NCBI RefSeq assembly: GCF_009914755.1
Contig: NC_060936.1
Direction: 5' to 3' (one strand)
Length of the DNA stretch: 64,000 bases
Source of the DNA: the human T2T-CHM13v2.0 reference genome, Homo sapiens
In this document: piece by piece, positions 25,451 through 40,186 of the stretch
How the letters are laid out: every line of letters begins with the position of its first letter
Numbering within the stretch: the stretch's first letter is position 1
Notes under the pieces: generated by a model
The model's database searches: none
The model's input: the letters and a program-made list of their open reading frames with translations, nothing else
What the model was told of the DNA's origin: nothing
Made by a program: the position numbers and the translations under genes

Positions 25451-26465
25451 GAAGGCCCCCAGAGTTTGGGTTTTGAGCTCTTTTTCAGCAGGTGGGACAG
25501 GTGTGCTGAGAGCCAACCATGCCACCACCCACCCCCACATGGGGCCTACCATGAGGATTTCCAGCAGGGTGATGCAGGTCGGTCAACTGAGGTCCTTGAG
25601 AGCCACGTAGCACATCCCAGGTCTGACCAACATAGCTGGATGAAGGCACGTGACGTGACTGAATAAAACCAGGCATGTAGCGCAGCCCGGGGATGTTCCC
25701 TCTGTGTGGCACTGACCAGCCATGAGGCTTATGGGGATCAGTGCAGTTGGGCCCAGAGAAAGAACCCCTCTCCTCTGCAGTGTCGGCAAGCCTGTTTGTG
25801 TCCTGTCCGGCTCTGCACCTGTTAGCAAGCAGGGCCTTCAGCCTAGCCTCAGGCTTCAGGCTGAGCCTCTGGCCCTCACGCCTGGAGGTCTGCCCATGAG
25901 CAGGCTGCCAAGCCACGTGCTCTCACCTGCCTCCTTCCTTCCGTCGGGTCATCTTGTTTAGAGAGGACAGGACTCACCTCTGGACAGCCCAAGAAGGAAT
26001 ACAGAAGCCCCCACCGAGCGCCTTCCTCTGACCCAGAGCCATCTGTCCTGCTTCTGTGGAGCCACTGAAGGCCAGTGGTCCCCTGCAGCACTGGGAAACA
26101 GGCCCTGCATTCCTCCCAGAGCCCAATTAGAACACAAATGGCCACTATTCACTAGAGCCACCTCCCTCTATCCTCACTACAGCAACCTGCAAAGTCCCGG
26201 TAGTCTGAACTCTGTGCCGAGCAAGCGCTGCACTTGACATTCATGCACATCAACTCACTCAGTCCTCGCCCTGCCCCAAAGAGCAGCAACTCTTACTCTG
26301 TGTATGGACGGGGAAGAAACGGAGAGCAGAGGCAGGTGAAGCAATTTGCCCAGAGTCACCTTGCAGTTGTGTTCTTTTAGGTGATGGTCAGTCAGGTGTG
26401 GCCACAAGAGGGGGCACAGGAGAGGCACAGGACAAGAGAGTTTACCAGACTCACAGGTCCTAGAC

Positions 26466-26656
26466 CAAGCTTGACCAGCCCGTAGCCCACGGGCCGCATG
26501 CAGCCCAGGACAGCTTTGAATGCGGCCCAACACAAATCCGTAAACTTTCTCAAAACATTGAGATTTTTTTTGTGATTTTTTTTTTTTTTTAGCTGATCAG
26601 CTGTCGTTACTGTGTTTTATGTGTGGCCCAGGGAAGCCAAAAGATCAGACACCCTG
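26466..26656. mobile_element. MER30 (hAT-Charlie)
   Basis: gggccgcatgcagcccaggacagctttgaatgcggcccaacacaaat core; perfect 8-bp TSD TCCTAGAC. Confidence 0.88.
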
Positions 26657-29600
26657 TCCTAGACAGATTCACTGCACACAACAACAGGAGGTGGGGGTCA
26701 CACGGGCGGAGAGCCAAAGACTAGGGCTCCCCCAAGCAGGCAGGGAACAGAGAGTGGGTGAGACCCTTTCCTTGGGGGTCAGGGTAGAGCCATAAGAAAA
26801 GGCAGGAGGGGATTCCGTTGGTGCATTTGAATGTCACTAGGTCACAGTCAGGGGAGGGTAGCAAGGGGAACTTGTAGCAGAGCCAGCCCTATCACACTGG
26901 TGCACCTGGTCACCCCAGCAGGTGCGCACAGTCTGCATGTAGGGATGTGGAGGCAGAAGAAAAATGCGAAGTTTTAAAATGCATGATACACACTGCTGGT
27001 GAGTGGCATGCAGTCTGCCTCCAAGCCCACGCTCTGACCCACCACACTCTTCTGCAACCCAAGAGGTCATATTCACCCCCATTTTCCAGATGAAGAAACT
27101 GGGCTGAGATGTGGAGCAAGTAATGGCTGGAGCTGGACTGTGCGTTGCTGTCTGTTGGAATCACCTCTAAGAGTCTGCTTCCCTGGGGAGGAGGACAAGC
27201 CTGATGGGAGGCAGAGGGACCAGAGGCCAAGGGGGAGGATGTGTGCAGGGCACACCCTGCCCTCCATCTCTGGAGAGGTCTTCATGGAGCAGTGGCTTTT
27301 GGAGATCTGGCTGGTAACAAGGGAGGGTCCCCTCCAGCACCTAGCCCGGAACCCTAGGGCAAGAGACAGGGGTGTAGTGAGGGGACCCTAGAAGCCTCAG
27401 GCATCTCAGTGCCTCGTTGCTCCCATTATAGTAAGGAAAGAACAGCACACCTGGGTCAGAGTATATTCAGCTTAGAAGGGACCTTGAGGGTCACAGAGTC
27501 CAGTGCTCCATCCAAAGGTTACAGGCTGAAAGACACTGGGTGGGTGAGTGTGTGGGTCACCCAGGCATTAGTGGGAGACACTCAGAATTATTGGATTTTT
27601 TGGAGAATAGTGTAATCATAGGAGCGCTTCCCCTTGGCCATCTCAAAGGCCAGAAGGGAAGCCTAAGCTTTAGCACCTGACCACGCTGTGCTCTCCAAGC
27701 CACTGATCACAGCCTCCCATTCCACACTTCCTCTTACACCATCTGTTCATGAGATCTGTCCAGACATCCAGGCTGATCCATGAAGAATGAATGTCTTCAG
27801 CCTCTGTGTCTCAACCTGGCTGTCACTTAGTCTGGATGGCCTGCCCAGAGGGAACCAAGCCCTGTGCCCAGAGCATGTGGGAGAGATGTGGAGAGTCAGT
27901 GAAGGTCAGGGCCTTGTGCTTGCCCAAAGCCTTGCTGGGCACCTCTTGCCCTACCCTTCTGCACTTCGGGGAGTCAACAGGCAGTGAGCCTTATCCCTCT
28001 GGGGCTTGAGGCAGAGAGGGGCACAGCAGCTGTTGCACAGGCTGGTGCAAGATTCCCTGCTTCTTCTCAGCTCCACTTTACCCTCTTCTGTAGAGACTTG
28101 CCTGCGTTCACTCCCATCCCACACAGAACTGGTGATCTCTCTGGTCCAAGTCACTAAACAGACACATCAAGGAGGCAACAGCTTGAAACTGAGGTCAGAA
28201 AAAAGTGTGCATGCACGCACACACATTCGTGCACACACATGCACTCAGCCACCAACGCAGGACTGTGGAGACAGGCATCTCTGCCAGGGCGCTAGCAAAC
28301 AGCAAACTCCATGGCCTAGAATCTGCTTTCTTTGCTTTATCTGCCCCTCTGTGAAAGAACCAATGACAACTGGCCCAAGGACAGAGCAGGAGGTAAAGCT
28401 GGGGATCCTGAGTAATCCACATCCTGGCCCAACAGCCCGTGAAGCATCGAGCACTTGATTGTTTAAACCAAGAAGGTGCCTGTACAACCTTTCTTGGGCT
28501 AACACAGGTAGGAATTTTAAAACCCAGGCTCCCATTTAGAGTCAAGTGGTGTGGTTAAGGCAGTGTAAAAGTGCTGTATGGCTCTTAGCAGTTCCTTCCT
28601 TGTTTCATTTCATTTTGTCCCCTCCATGTTTAACTTCCATTTGAAATCTTGAATCAGCTGACAGGTGAGGGAAGCTCCAAAGGAGAAGGGCAGTGAGTCT
28701 ATCACTAGACCAAGTGGTCCCTGAGGAGGAGAGGGAAAGATGAAAGACCAGGCATCTGAATGATGTGCAACTACCTTGGATCGGGAGTAGCAGGGGAGGA
28801 GTTCCCAAAGAATGACCCAGAGGGGGACCATCCAGCTTCCACACAGGCACGATGTCTGTCCTGGCACAGCCCTTCCTCCTAGCTCATCTGCAGCTCCTCA
28901 AAGTCACTTTCCCAAGAAGGACGTGGCCGTCGGGGACAGAAATAGCACATCTCTGCTGGTGCTGAAATGATGATCAGCTTGGCATTGGAAATCTGCCAGG
29001 CAGGAACAGGAATGGGGCTTAAATTATTCACACCAGATCTTTTTTAGCAAAGCCTGCATGAGAGAGATAATTCAGGCCATCTGAGCCTATGGTCAATGAC
29101 CAGAACAGAGGCCACCTAGATCAAAAGAAAGGGATATTTTTAGAGTTGTGAATGGGGGCTCTGAAAACTTCTATATTTTAAGCCAAATGAAGATCATGGT
29201 GGATGATTCAGACTAAACTGGGTCTTTATTGGGAGTTCTTTTCTATTTAGGGGATGGATAAAAAAGTAAGAAGTTCTAAAAACCAATTTCTAAAACAAGG
29301 GGATCCAGAATTGCCACACCTCCATCCAACAGGCCAAGACGTGGTCAACCAGGGCACTAAAGTCCACAATCAAAGGTGAAAATATATGGGCTCGGGTTCA
29401 AAAGCTGGTTTTCGAGTACCTTGCCTAGCTTGCTCTGGGACCTCGGGTAAGTCACTCAGCTTCTGCCTGCCTCCTTGTGTTGCCATTTTATACAGGATGA
29501 TGTGTGAGGATAACGAAGAAGTATTTTCAGGTCCTGGGAAGCAAGTCACCACATTATAAAAAGATGGTAAAAATGTGGCTCTAATGAACATTCACATCAC

Positions 29601-31955
29601 TATTGCCGTCACCATGACCAAGCTCCCTTAAGAAGGAACCTAAATAAATAAGAGTTATTCTGAGGGCCGTGGCTCCCAGGGCCCTGCAGCCTGAGCTGGG
29701 CCACATCCTCTGAAGTAGCTGGCGCTGGTGGGAAGTTCAGGGTGAGGAGAGCCTGAGTCCCCATGCCTGGAAACTGGACTGTGTCCTCCCTGGCTCGTTT
29801 CTTACCTACACATTCTGTTATGTTGCTCCATCAGCCACCCAGCTCCAAGGTGGGCCTTGCCTCATCTGTTTGGTGGCTCTTTAACCTTTGAGTCAGCTGC
29901 CCCCACCATTCTATAGCCAGGACTTGGGGAACCCCGACCCCTCTCCAGCATGAGTCCTTTCCTCATCCAGCGTGGCTTATGCAGTGCAGGCAGGGGAATG
30001 GACCAGGGGACCTCAGAACCCTGAAGGCTCCTTGGGAAGCAGGATGCAAACATCCTGAAGAGCTGACCGCTCAAGAGACTCATAGGGTTTGTGTTGACAT
30101 CCATCCTTCTCGGGATGCAGCGGGTGTACCTGATCACCACAATCCAGCAGCATTGTCTTGATGGGGTGGTTCTATGGCCAATTAGCTTCCACCACCACCT
30201 CCCTCCGATTTTCTGCAGTGGATGTTCCATATTGCATTGATGGGACTGCCTAATTCATCAACATCAACAAGCATTTCCAGCACATTCTTGGCATGTCCTG
30301 CTCTGCTGGGCACAAGGCAGGGTGAGAAGGGGAGGAGGGAAAAAGGGACTCTGACCCAGTTCTAGGCTTAGAGTCTAGTGAGGAACATGAGGCGCCTGTA
30401 TTAAAAGGCAAAGGACCATGCGGGCAGTTTAAATTTGTATTGGATTTGGTCAGAGGCTCTGACCTCTCTGGGCTTTCCCTAACTTCCAGGCTGCCCTGTT
30501 CCCTGGAGCCTGGTGTCTCCTTCTTGTTCTTTGTCCTCCCCTCTGTTCTTTGTCCTACCCTTGCCCCTTGCACAGGTGCCTTCAGGCTGTACTATCTCTC
30601 CCACAGCCTGCAAGAAGACAGCCAATGGGAAAGTCTGGGTAATTCCAGGGCACTGGGAGGAAGTAGCAATTGGTCACTTTCCTCATGCCAGAATCCGCTG
30701 AACACCATCATCCTCTGAGTTCCCTGTGCCGTGTCTCCCTGTTGGGGGTCTGGCCCTCATTGCCCCAGCCAGCTGGCCAGGCCCTAATGCCCAGTCTGGG
30801 GGCTGCTCTCACTCAGCCTGTTCAGACTGGGCTCTCAGTAGTCCCAGCTTGAATCCTAGTAAATGCCTGTCTTTGGCTTGGAGTTCTGAAACTGTGTTCT
30901 CCTTCCATGACCCTCACCGCCCACTGGAACACACACAGTGTGATCTCCTTAGACCCCCAACATTTGGGCTGGGACATTGAAGGGCCTCAGCCACATTTTC
31001 TTGATGTGCCTCTAGAAGACTTGCTGCCTCCCCAAGACCCAGTTTTTTTCCCTCCCTGCCTCTTCCAGCATGCCCTCTCTCTGTCCACCGGCTCTCTGCA
31101 CCCTAGCCCTGGCCCCCTTTTCTGCTCCCAGAACCACAAGTCAGTATCAGACATTGGCCAGAGCACATTCTTGAGCCCTCACTGTAAAGCCACTTCCAGG
31201 TGAAATGGCTGAATCCCAACCTTTGGCGTGGTTGCAGCTGGACAACCCAGGCGCTGAGCCCTGGGCTGGGGCCAGGAGGGGTAGAGGTTACCTCCATCCT
31301 TCTAACAGTGACACTTGGTTACAGGAATGGCTGAAGGCTCCCAAATCCACATCCTCTCTTTTCTGCACAAATGGGCCGGGCAGCTGCACCTCTGAGCCCA
31401 CTGCAGTTAATGGTTAATTGCCAGAAAATAATTCCCCCTAGGCTGTTGCCACTGAAACAGCTGGCTTCACTTTTCCTGTTTGGCGGGTGGTTCTGAGCTC
31501 CCTGACCCTCCCTCCGGCTTCCTCTGTAATCCTCTCACACACAGAGCCAGCTGGGAGCCTCGGGCTGGGCTCTCCTCCCTGCAACTTAACCTTGGCAGGG
31601 TCTTGGGTTTTCTTTGGCTGTTGATGCCCTGTTCTGAGAATAGGCTAGTACCTGCCTCTCATCCCAACCTGCCTGGACTGCCTTGACTAGATATGGCTTG
31701 GCAGGAAGCTTCACAAACCCTATCTCTAATTATTCAGAATGGCTGGAGATACAGAAGAGGAATGCTTCAGTGAAGCTCCCTTCTTTGTGGCAGAATCAAT
31801 CCAATGGAGAAATTTTGAAATTCCAGTTTTATAAAGTTCTTCAAACTTACCTCAAAGATGGCACCAGCTGATGCTGAGCTGCCCTGTCTCTTATGCACCA
31901 GTGAATGTGCCCCAAAATCTCTATCTGGGGCTCAGCTTGCCCGCAAGCGGTGTTA

Positions 31956-32302
<347 letters not shown>

Positions 32303-34796
32303 TTACTCACCTTAATGTCACAGTGAAATATTTCTGCATATTTCCTGCAAGGCCTCGTGTAAAAAAAAAAAATTGGTTTGGTTCAGAGAGTACTATGCTG
32401 TTCTAGCTTCACTTTGGATCTATAGTTTTAGAAAATATCCAGTTTTGCTTCTAGTTTAAACTGTTCCATTAAAGAATTAATAGGAAATAAAATCGCTTTG
32501 CTACATGGGGAAAGATGAATATTTGGATCCCATTCTATGCTTAACACACTGCTCCAGCTTGGCATATTTTGAAATGGGATAGTTTTTATGGAGGACTCTG
32601 GGGCAGATGCTACAGGAGCTTTCTTTGGAATTCTCGTTACCTGTTTCCGTCAGACCACAGGGGATCGATTTTGGAAGGACCGGCAGCCCTGGACCTGCAG
32701 GGGCAGACCAGTCACAGAAACCAGAGTGGAGCTGGAGGTCAGTGGGATAGGTTCAGGTCACACCAAGGGCACAGGGACCATGAAGGCAGAACCAGGTAAA
32801 GATCAGAGCCAGGAGGGCAAGCAGGGATCAGCGTGTACACAGTCCCAGGGAGCGAGACAAGCAGGGAGGCCCCAGAGTCAGGGAAGCTCAGAAACAAGGA
32901 TGCTAACAGTGAGACCATGGCTCAGAAACTTCTGGCTCAGGGAGGGCTTCATGGAGGCTGTGCCTGAGCTGAGAGTGTTGGTGGCTGAGCAGCCAATAAG
33001 TAGAACACAAATGGGGTTGGGGTAGGGAATTCCAGGCAGGAGGAACAGCGAGAGCAAAAGGCACAGAGGCTGGAGGCTTCGTTGTGCACGGTTCTGTGTG
33101 CACACACAGGAGTGTTTCTCAGGCTTGTACAACAGTGCCTTACCTAGCTTCTGAGGTAAGAGCAGGCTGGGTTGAATAAAGTGAAGGGCAGAGGGGGCAG
33201 AAACAGGCATTAGAATCCATGGCCATGAACCCAGGATGAGCCAAGGGGTGGAGTAGCAGGGAGGAGCAGGTGAAAGTTGCTCTCGTGCCATTCTTGGCAA
33301 AGAGGAAAGCCGGCTGCGCAGGGGGGAGGTGGGGGGAGGGCCACCTAGATTATCTCTTGCCTGCCCCACTGGTGCCCAGGACAGCTGGCAGGGGACTGAA
33401 CACAGGGCAGTGACAGATGCTTATGCGCCCAGGGAGGGCTTCCCTGGGCTTCCTTCTATTCTCTCCATCTTCACCTACTCATTCCTCACCTCTCCTGACA
33501 CTCTGTCCTTTGCGGAGGAGCACTGACACCCCTGTGTTCACCTGAACCATACCTGCCCTAAAATGCTGAATCCACCCTAAGTGAGCCCAGTGAGCTCATC
33601 CGTCCATCCCTCCCCCATTTAGTGGGGACAGTACCATGCAGCAGGTCAGAGCACAGGTTCTGCAGCTGGAACTCCTGGGTTCTGTTCCTCGCTCACCACG
33701 TACTTGCTATGTGACCTTCAGCAAGCTACTTAGCGTCTCCAAGCTCCTGTCCTCATCTATAAAGCGAGGCTGATGCTCGTGCCCATGTGGCAATGTGATG
33801 AGCAATGCTAGTACTCATCTCCAAGCGTGGACAGGAGAGACCATGCAATGTGCTTGCAAGGGGGGCTGGCACCTGGGAAAGCTTGTACACGTGGGCTGTT
33901 ACTGTTACATGTGGGTACCATGTGCTAGGCTAGGCTTGGTGCTCCAGGGCTGTGCAGATGAGTAAGGCACTGCCTCTGCCAAGAAAGGGTTATTTTTTTT
34001 TCTTTTGCTGGAAGGGATGCCTGTCTATTGCTCCCACTACAGAAAACCTGCCTGCCCTCTCCTCCTCTACTAAGTTTTGAGAAGCAAGGCCAGCCTGCCC
34101 TGAATTGGGGTACTGCCTCCTAAGCCATGGGCCAGTGATTCTGGAGGCTCCCTGCAGAGAATTCTGGGCTCTATTGGTGGAGCGGGGGCCCTCTCTGGCA
34201 CAGTGAGCTAGGAAAAGCAGGACACCATGAGGTCCTGTGAATTCTAACTACATGGAAATATGGGCTGAGAATTTCTTATTACTGACTTTTGTATAATAAT
34301 TCAAAAAGCAATACCAAACCCAACTTAAGGCAAAAGGTGTTTCCAGAACCTTCTTGATGCTTCCTAGAGTCAACCCTAACACAAACCTTATGGCGTCACA
34401 CCCCTCCCCAGCTCACTGAGGCAACTGGAGGAAACCACAGCTGCTTCAGAAAACAGGTGATCCCCAAGGAAACACTGAGAGCTCTTGGGTTGTACCTGGC
34501 CTCATGGAATTCCCTCATGGAATTCCAGCCCCGGGGTCCCATGGGGATGTGAGCTGAAGCAATATAGGCTTCCCTGATCCTTCCTTTTGTCAAGGCAAGT
34601 AGCCTTCTGCCGCAGAGGTGCCCTCCCAGGCAGGTACAGTGCTGCACATGCTTCTGTCCATGTTCTGTTTCCAGCTCTTCGGGAGCTAGGTAACATTCCT
34701 TGGATCTTATTTTTGTGGCTCCCACAGTGCATAGGGACACATACGCAAATCAAGTCCCAGCATCAGCCTGAGAACCTGAAGGTAAATGTGTGACCC

Positions 34797-34965
34797 AGGG
34801 TTTTGCAACCTCGGCACTGCTGGCATTTTGTGCCAGATAATTCTTCACTGCGGGAGACTGCCCTGCACCCAGTGGGATGCTTAGCATCCGGGCCTCGACC
34901 CTCTAGATACTCCTTTTGCCAAATACCCACTGGTTGCAAAATTGTGCCAGGTTGAGAACCACTGG
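34797..34965. mobile_element. MER20 (hAT-Charlie)
   Basis: caacctcggcactgctggcattttgtgccagataattctt...ggttgagaaccactg. Confidence 0.75.
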
Positions 34966-37900
34966 TGTAAATTTAACTAAGGTAACTGTGCTATGCTACT
35001 CTCAGATCAGAAAAAGATTAAGCTACTGCCCGCAGCATGGGGCTGGTTATGCTCCAGCCAGTTTCTGCTGTCTCGTAGGTGTACTTTATTAGAAAGTGCA
35101 CTCCTGCGTCTTTATCAGGGGATGTCTGCTAAGCGTTATGTCTAGACCCAGCACCATACCAGGCACTGTGGAGGAGCCAGAAGCAACCTCAGATGTGGTC
35201 CCTGTTTCTCCGAAGCTCACAGTCATGCTAGGGGACAGAGTGGTAACACCTGAAGCAAGAGCAGTGCTACGGAGCAATGGGTAAAGTTGTGTCACTCATC
35301 CGGTGATGACCTACACTGAGGAACCGCACGGCAGGCGAAGGGGAGGGACACAGAGGTGAAGCCCAGTCCAGCTGAGGAGAGAAGGGCAAAGCAGAGAGTG
35401 CAGGTGTCAGGAGACAGCAGATGACGCGCTGCAGGCATTCAGACGGTGGGGAGTGGCAGTTGCTCCTGCCCAAGGATAGCCTGGTGGAGCCAAGACTGAG
35501 CCGAGCTGGGTGTGGAAGGACAGGTAGGCACCAGCATTCCAGGCAGGGGGACAGGCAGGGCAAAGGCCCAAAGGCTGGACGCTTGGCCTGTGTGAAAAGA
35601 ACTGTGTGCAGCAACACCAGGAACACTTTTCAGCTTTGCACACAGAGCCAGCGTGTGCCGCAGGGGCCCTGAGATGATCGCGCCGGACCCAGGGAGTCAG
35701 GAAAGGCTGGGTAAGGTGCAGGGTGGAGGGGCAGAGGTGACAGGTCTGTCAGAGCCCATGACCTCACCCGGCTGAAGTCCCAGCATCTTGATGAGGGACC
35801 CTTTGCCTGCCTCCTGGGCCTGTCACACACCTGTCCAGGTGAGTCACACACCCGCAGCCTCCCTGCTGTGGAAGCTGCTGCCTGGAGCCAGCACCTGTGC
35901 CCACCAGCACCCGGCCTCAGTCCCCTTGAAGCCCCAGGCCAGGCCCTCACTCCCCTTCCAGGCATCTTAACACACTGGAGCTCGAGAAGGCTATCCCCAC
36001 ACACCACCGCCACTGCCAAGCTCTCTCCCCTCCTCCTGACCACTCCGCAGGTCAGATAGCCTGTTTGATGCCTCTGAACCAGCCTGTGCAGGGGTAGCAT
36101 GTACTAATTTAGCCAGCCACTAAACCAATGGGTGAGGTTCAGTATCTCTACCTCCCCATCCTCCCTGTTCCCCACCCCGTCTTCAACAGTAACTGGGGCA
36201 GTGGCTTCCCCCGAGAAGTGGCGTGACACTGCCAGCTATCCAGGAGTATCCTACGGGCCTGACTCACAGCTCACAGTGGTGGTGGAGAGAAGGAAGGTGG
36301 AGAGATGCCAGGATGTGGCTCTCCTAGCTGCCAGCAGCCTGGGTGCTCCTGTCAGGGGCACTCCATCACCTCTTCCTCCCATGCCCCAGAGGTCTCTGGG
36401 AGCCACTGGCATCAATGCCTTCAGGTCCTGTGCAGCAGGAGGGATCCGGCCTCAGCACCGTAGCTGAGGATGGTGGAGGGAAGTTTGGAGCAGGCAGGAA
36501 AGGCACGCATGTCAGAAAGGAGCCGCGGGGCCCAGCAGCGCATGGCAGGGGAGAGCCCCTGAGTCAAGGAGACTCAGAAACAAGGATGCCTCACCCTGGG
36601 TGGGGTGAGGGTGAATGTGTAGCCATGCTCTGTCTGATGGGCCGGGCTTCTCCCAGGGGGATCACACTCTGGCATGGGCTGGCTACGCCTGCCTCTGGCT
36701 GACAGGGACCGTACCCCTCATGCTGTGGGACCTGGAGCTCTGGGAGGGCAGGAGGCGGGTTAGATCACTGGAAAGTACATTTCCCCCTCGTTGGGTCCTC
36801 CTTGTCCCTAAACTTTGCGTCCTACACGAGGGGACCAAAGAAGGCTGAAATCCAGCCCATGCAACTCTTGCTGAGCCACGTTTTTCTAATTTGCACCTAA
36901 GCACTAGCAGCCATCCAGCTAGAGCCAGCATGTGGTGGAGCCTGGACCCAACCCAAGTCCACTGACATTTCCCCCAGCTTTCCTCAGTGTTTGGGCCCTG
37001 CTTCTCAGAGGCTCCTCAAGCAGGGGGACCATCCACAGACGCTCTCTTCAGCCTCCTGCCTCAGCTTACCCTGCATACCACTCAGTACCACACGCAGACC
37101 CAGGCCCCTGTCCTGAGGCCCCCTTCAACCACACTCCTCCCCAGGGAGTGGAAAGTCCGTAGGGCAGAGGGAACGTCCCCTTGTGGAATCTGCAACTCCC
37201 TCCCGCCACTTCCTGACCTCCTCCCAGGGACCCAGGAGAGTGAATCCTCTGTCCAGACAACCTGTGCCTGCAGGCAGCATCTGCAAGCATGTCCTGAGGC
37301 TGACTAGACCCCTGGCATATGTGCCCCTAGCCTGCACCACACCCAGCCCTCTCCACACACCTCCCATCCCGCAAGGGGCATCTGACCCTGGGGGAGGGGC
37401 ACACAGAGCTGGAGGTTTTTCCTGATGCAGCGAAGAGCCTGGGGTAGGAAAGGAAGGGGCAGGGACCTTGCATTTGTGCTCTTGGCCTCAGGCCCCACAA
37501 ATGATGGGGCTAGGCCTGACACTGTTATTCTGAGACTGGAAACTCTGTGTCCCTGATGCTGGGAGCCTATAGGACACAGTAAAATTGCAATGAGGAGGTG
37601 GGTAATGCACTTCATTTGAAAGGAAACCTTGCTCTTGGACCACAGTTCTTTTCCTGTGAAAAGAAATGGCCCCTCTCCCGTATTCCTTAATCCCTGCCCA
37701 TGCCAGGCTCCCTGCTGAGTCGTGCAGGAGATGGTTGGGCAAGGCCCATGGGCCCATGGATTAGCATTGCCTCTGAAATGCTCTGTCTATCCTGGGCACC
37801 GCCCCCGCTCCGCCGCCACCCGCCACCGTATCCCTCCTGCCCACACTCCTTTCCCTGCTGGGTGAGCCCTAGAGTCTCAGTCTCACCCACAGGCTGGGCC

Positions 37901-39076
37901 TTCCCTAGAATCCAGCCATCCCAGTGACCACGGGTAGCTGCCCTGCTGTGGCCAGGTGGGCGGGCAGTGCCCGGGGGCAGCCTGGGTGGCAGGTGCTCAT
38001 GAGTCTGGCTGAGCTTCCCCACAGTGGGGCCAATTTCCATCAGTAGTGCTCCCCCTCTCTCCTCTCTTCTCTATTCTCTCTCCTTGTCCCTGTCTGTGAG
38101 CTCCGTGGCTGCCTGTAGCCAGCTTCATCCCCCTCTCCGTGCTCCTCCAGGGTGGGGAGAGAGGGAGTCCCAACATGCCTTCTAGGCCTGTTGGCTCCTG
38201 CAAGCAGAGTTGGTCGAGCAGGGTCTCAGGAGCCCTCCTGACTGTGCAAGCCAGGTGGGAGTGAGAAGGAAGCAGGGCCCATGTCCTTCTACAGGTCACA
38301 CTGAATGCACGGCTGGGAAGCCAGCAGCAGCAACAGGGCTGTGAGGTGGGAGAAGCAGTAATGAGAACCCCTGCAGGGCCATGTAGAACAGGAAATGGGC
38401 ATCAGGGCTGAAAGACAACACAGGAATCACCTTCCCCTGGACCTCTGATTTGCTTTTTCCTGAGCCTTGGTTGTCACAGTCCACGCTGGTCCCTGCATTC
38501 CAACTACAAGGGCACTCTCCACTCCCTGAACACAAATGCCCCATGCTTCCTGCAGGCTCCAGGCTTTTCACTTGTTCTCCCCTCTTCCTGGAATGTGCCT
38601 CCCTCCTTCACTTAGCAAATGCCTATTCAGTCCTTAAAGATGTTACTTAGGCGTCACCACCTCCAGGAAGCCTTCTCTGACTGCCCACCCTACCAGGAGC
38701 CTCCCACCATTTCTAGAGCTTACCCTGTAGTTGCATTTGTAACACAGCATTGCAGTCACTCATCTGTCTTCCCACCATCAATAACTTTGAGAGCAATAGT
38801 TGTCTTACTTACGCTACCTGGCATCTGGCATATGGCATGTATTTAATACATATTGGATGGGTACATGCCGTACTGAATTGTCAGCAGACCAAAGAGGGAA
38901 GGAGTAAGTGGGGAACTTGGTGCCAGCAGCCAGTGAGGCTGGTACATCCAGGAGGAAGATGGCATGGATGATAGGGGTCCCAGCAGGTATCTCTACCACC
39001 CCCACCACTGTGGGGAAACATTTGTCATAGCAGCAACCCGATCCCAGTGGTGACCGTCCTCTCTCTTTGCTGCTAG

Positions 39077-39151
39077 TATTTCTGCCTGTTGCTCGTCATC
39101 TTCCTGGTTGAGCTGGTGGCGGGAGTCCTGGCCCATGTGTATTACCAGAGG
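39077..39151 (+). CDS. TSPAN11: TSPAN11 coding exon 4 (TM3), YFCLLLVIFLVELVAGVLAHVYYQR
   Basis: ctctctttgctgctag acceptor, AGG/gtaagt donor, 75 nt; conserved TM3 glutamate. Confidence 0.97.
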
Positions 39152-40081
39152 GTAAGTGACGTTTCCTCCTCCTGCATCCTCTGTCAGTGTCCTGAAGAAG
39201 CAATGTGGGTAGGGAGGTTTGCATTGTGATGAGGGAAGCTGAGGAAGGCACAAGGGCGGTCCTGTTTCCCAGGCCCCGGCAATCCCCCTACACATCTGCA
39301 TCCCAGCTGCTGGTCCTGGCTCCAGCAATTCTGTGCTGCATCTGTGGATGCTGATGTCTTCCACATGGGAGCTGGGGACGGGGGCTTCCCAAGGGACATT
39401 GCGTCATCCCTCTCCCCTTCCAAGAATGGTCTAGAGGATGAATCCATCTGTCAGAGACATCCAAGAAGAAAGGCCTGGGCCAGGGTCACATGCCAGACCC
39501 CGAAACAGGATCGGGCCTTGCCTGCCTGGATTAAGCAAGGATGGAGTGAGTCCTAGAGTCAGTCCTATCCACTCCCACCCTTGAGCCCTCTGAATCGGGG
39601 ATTCGAGGTCATGACCATGGTGATGTTTGGCTGGTAGAGACAGTGCAACCCTGCTGGTTGTTTCAAGCCAGTGCTGCTATGATGCCCACAGGGTAACAAT
39701 TATAAGTATTTTCAATATCACCTCATGATCACAGTTAAGATCAACAGACATTTCAAAGCACCCTGTGTCTGGCCTCACCACCGCCTCCCACCAGCTTCTG
39801 GATGTGACCCTTTACCTGAGCCAACTCCCCAGCCTCTCTCAGCTCTGCCCATCACACCTCTGCCCTAAGTTGGGGCTCAGTTTTTGTGTCTTCCTCTCCA
39901 TAGCCATCTTCTACACTGTCTCTGGCTGATGGTCCCTTACGCTGTTGAGAAACCTCCGCATCACACCATCCACAGTCCGCAGTGTTCTAGAATTAGCTGG
40001 GGGGAGTTGGAAGTGGGCCCGGTGCCAGGGCAGGGGTGGGGCTGGTCCCGCTGATGGGGCCTTCGCTCCTACCCTCCTCAG

Positions 40082-40186
40082 CTGAGTGATGAACTGAAGC
40101 AGCACTTGAACCGGACTCTGGCTGAGAACTACGGGCAGCCCGGAGCCACGCAGATCACCGCCTCAGTGGACCGACTCCAGCAGGAT
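40082..40186 (+). CDS. TSPAN11: TSPAN11 coding exon 5 (large extracellular loop), LSDELKQHLNRT...VDRLQQD
   Basis: ccctcctcag acceptor, GAT/gtaagc donor, 105 nt; N127-R-T sequon. Confidence 0.97.
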
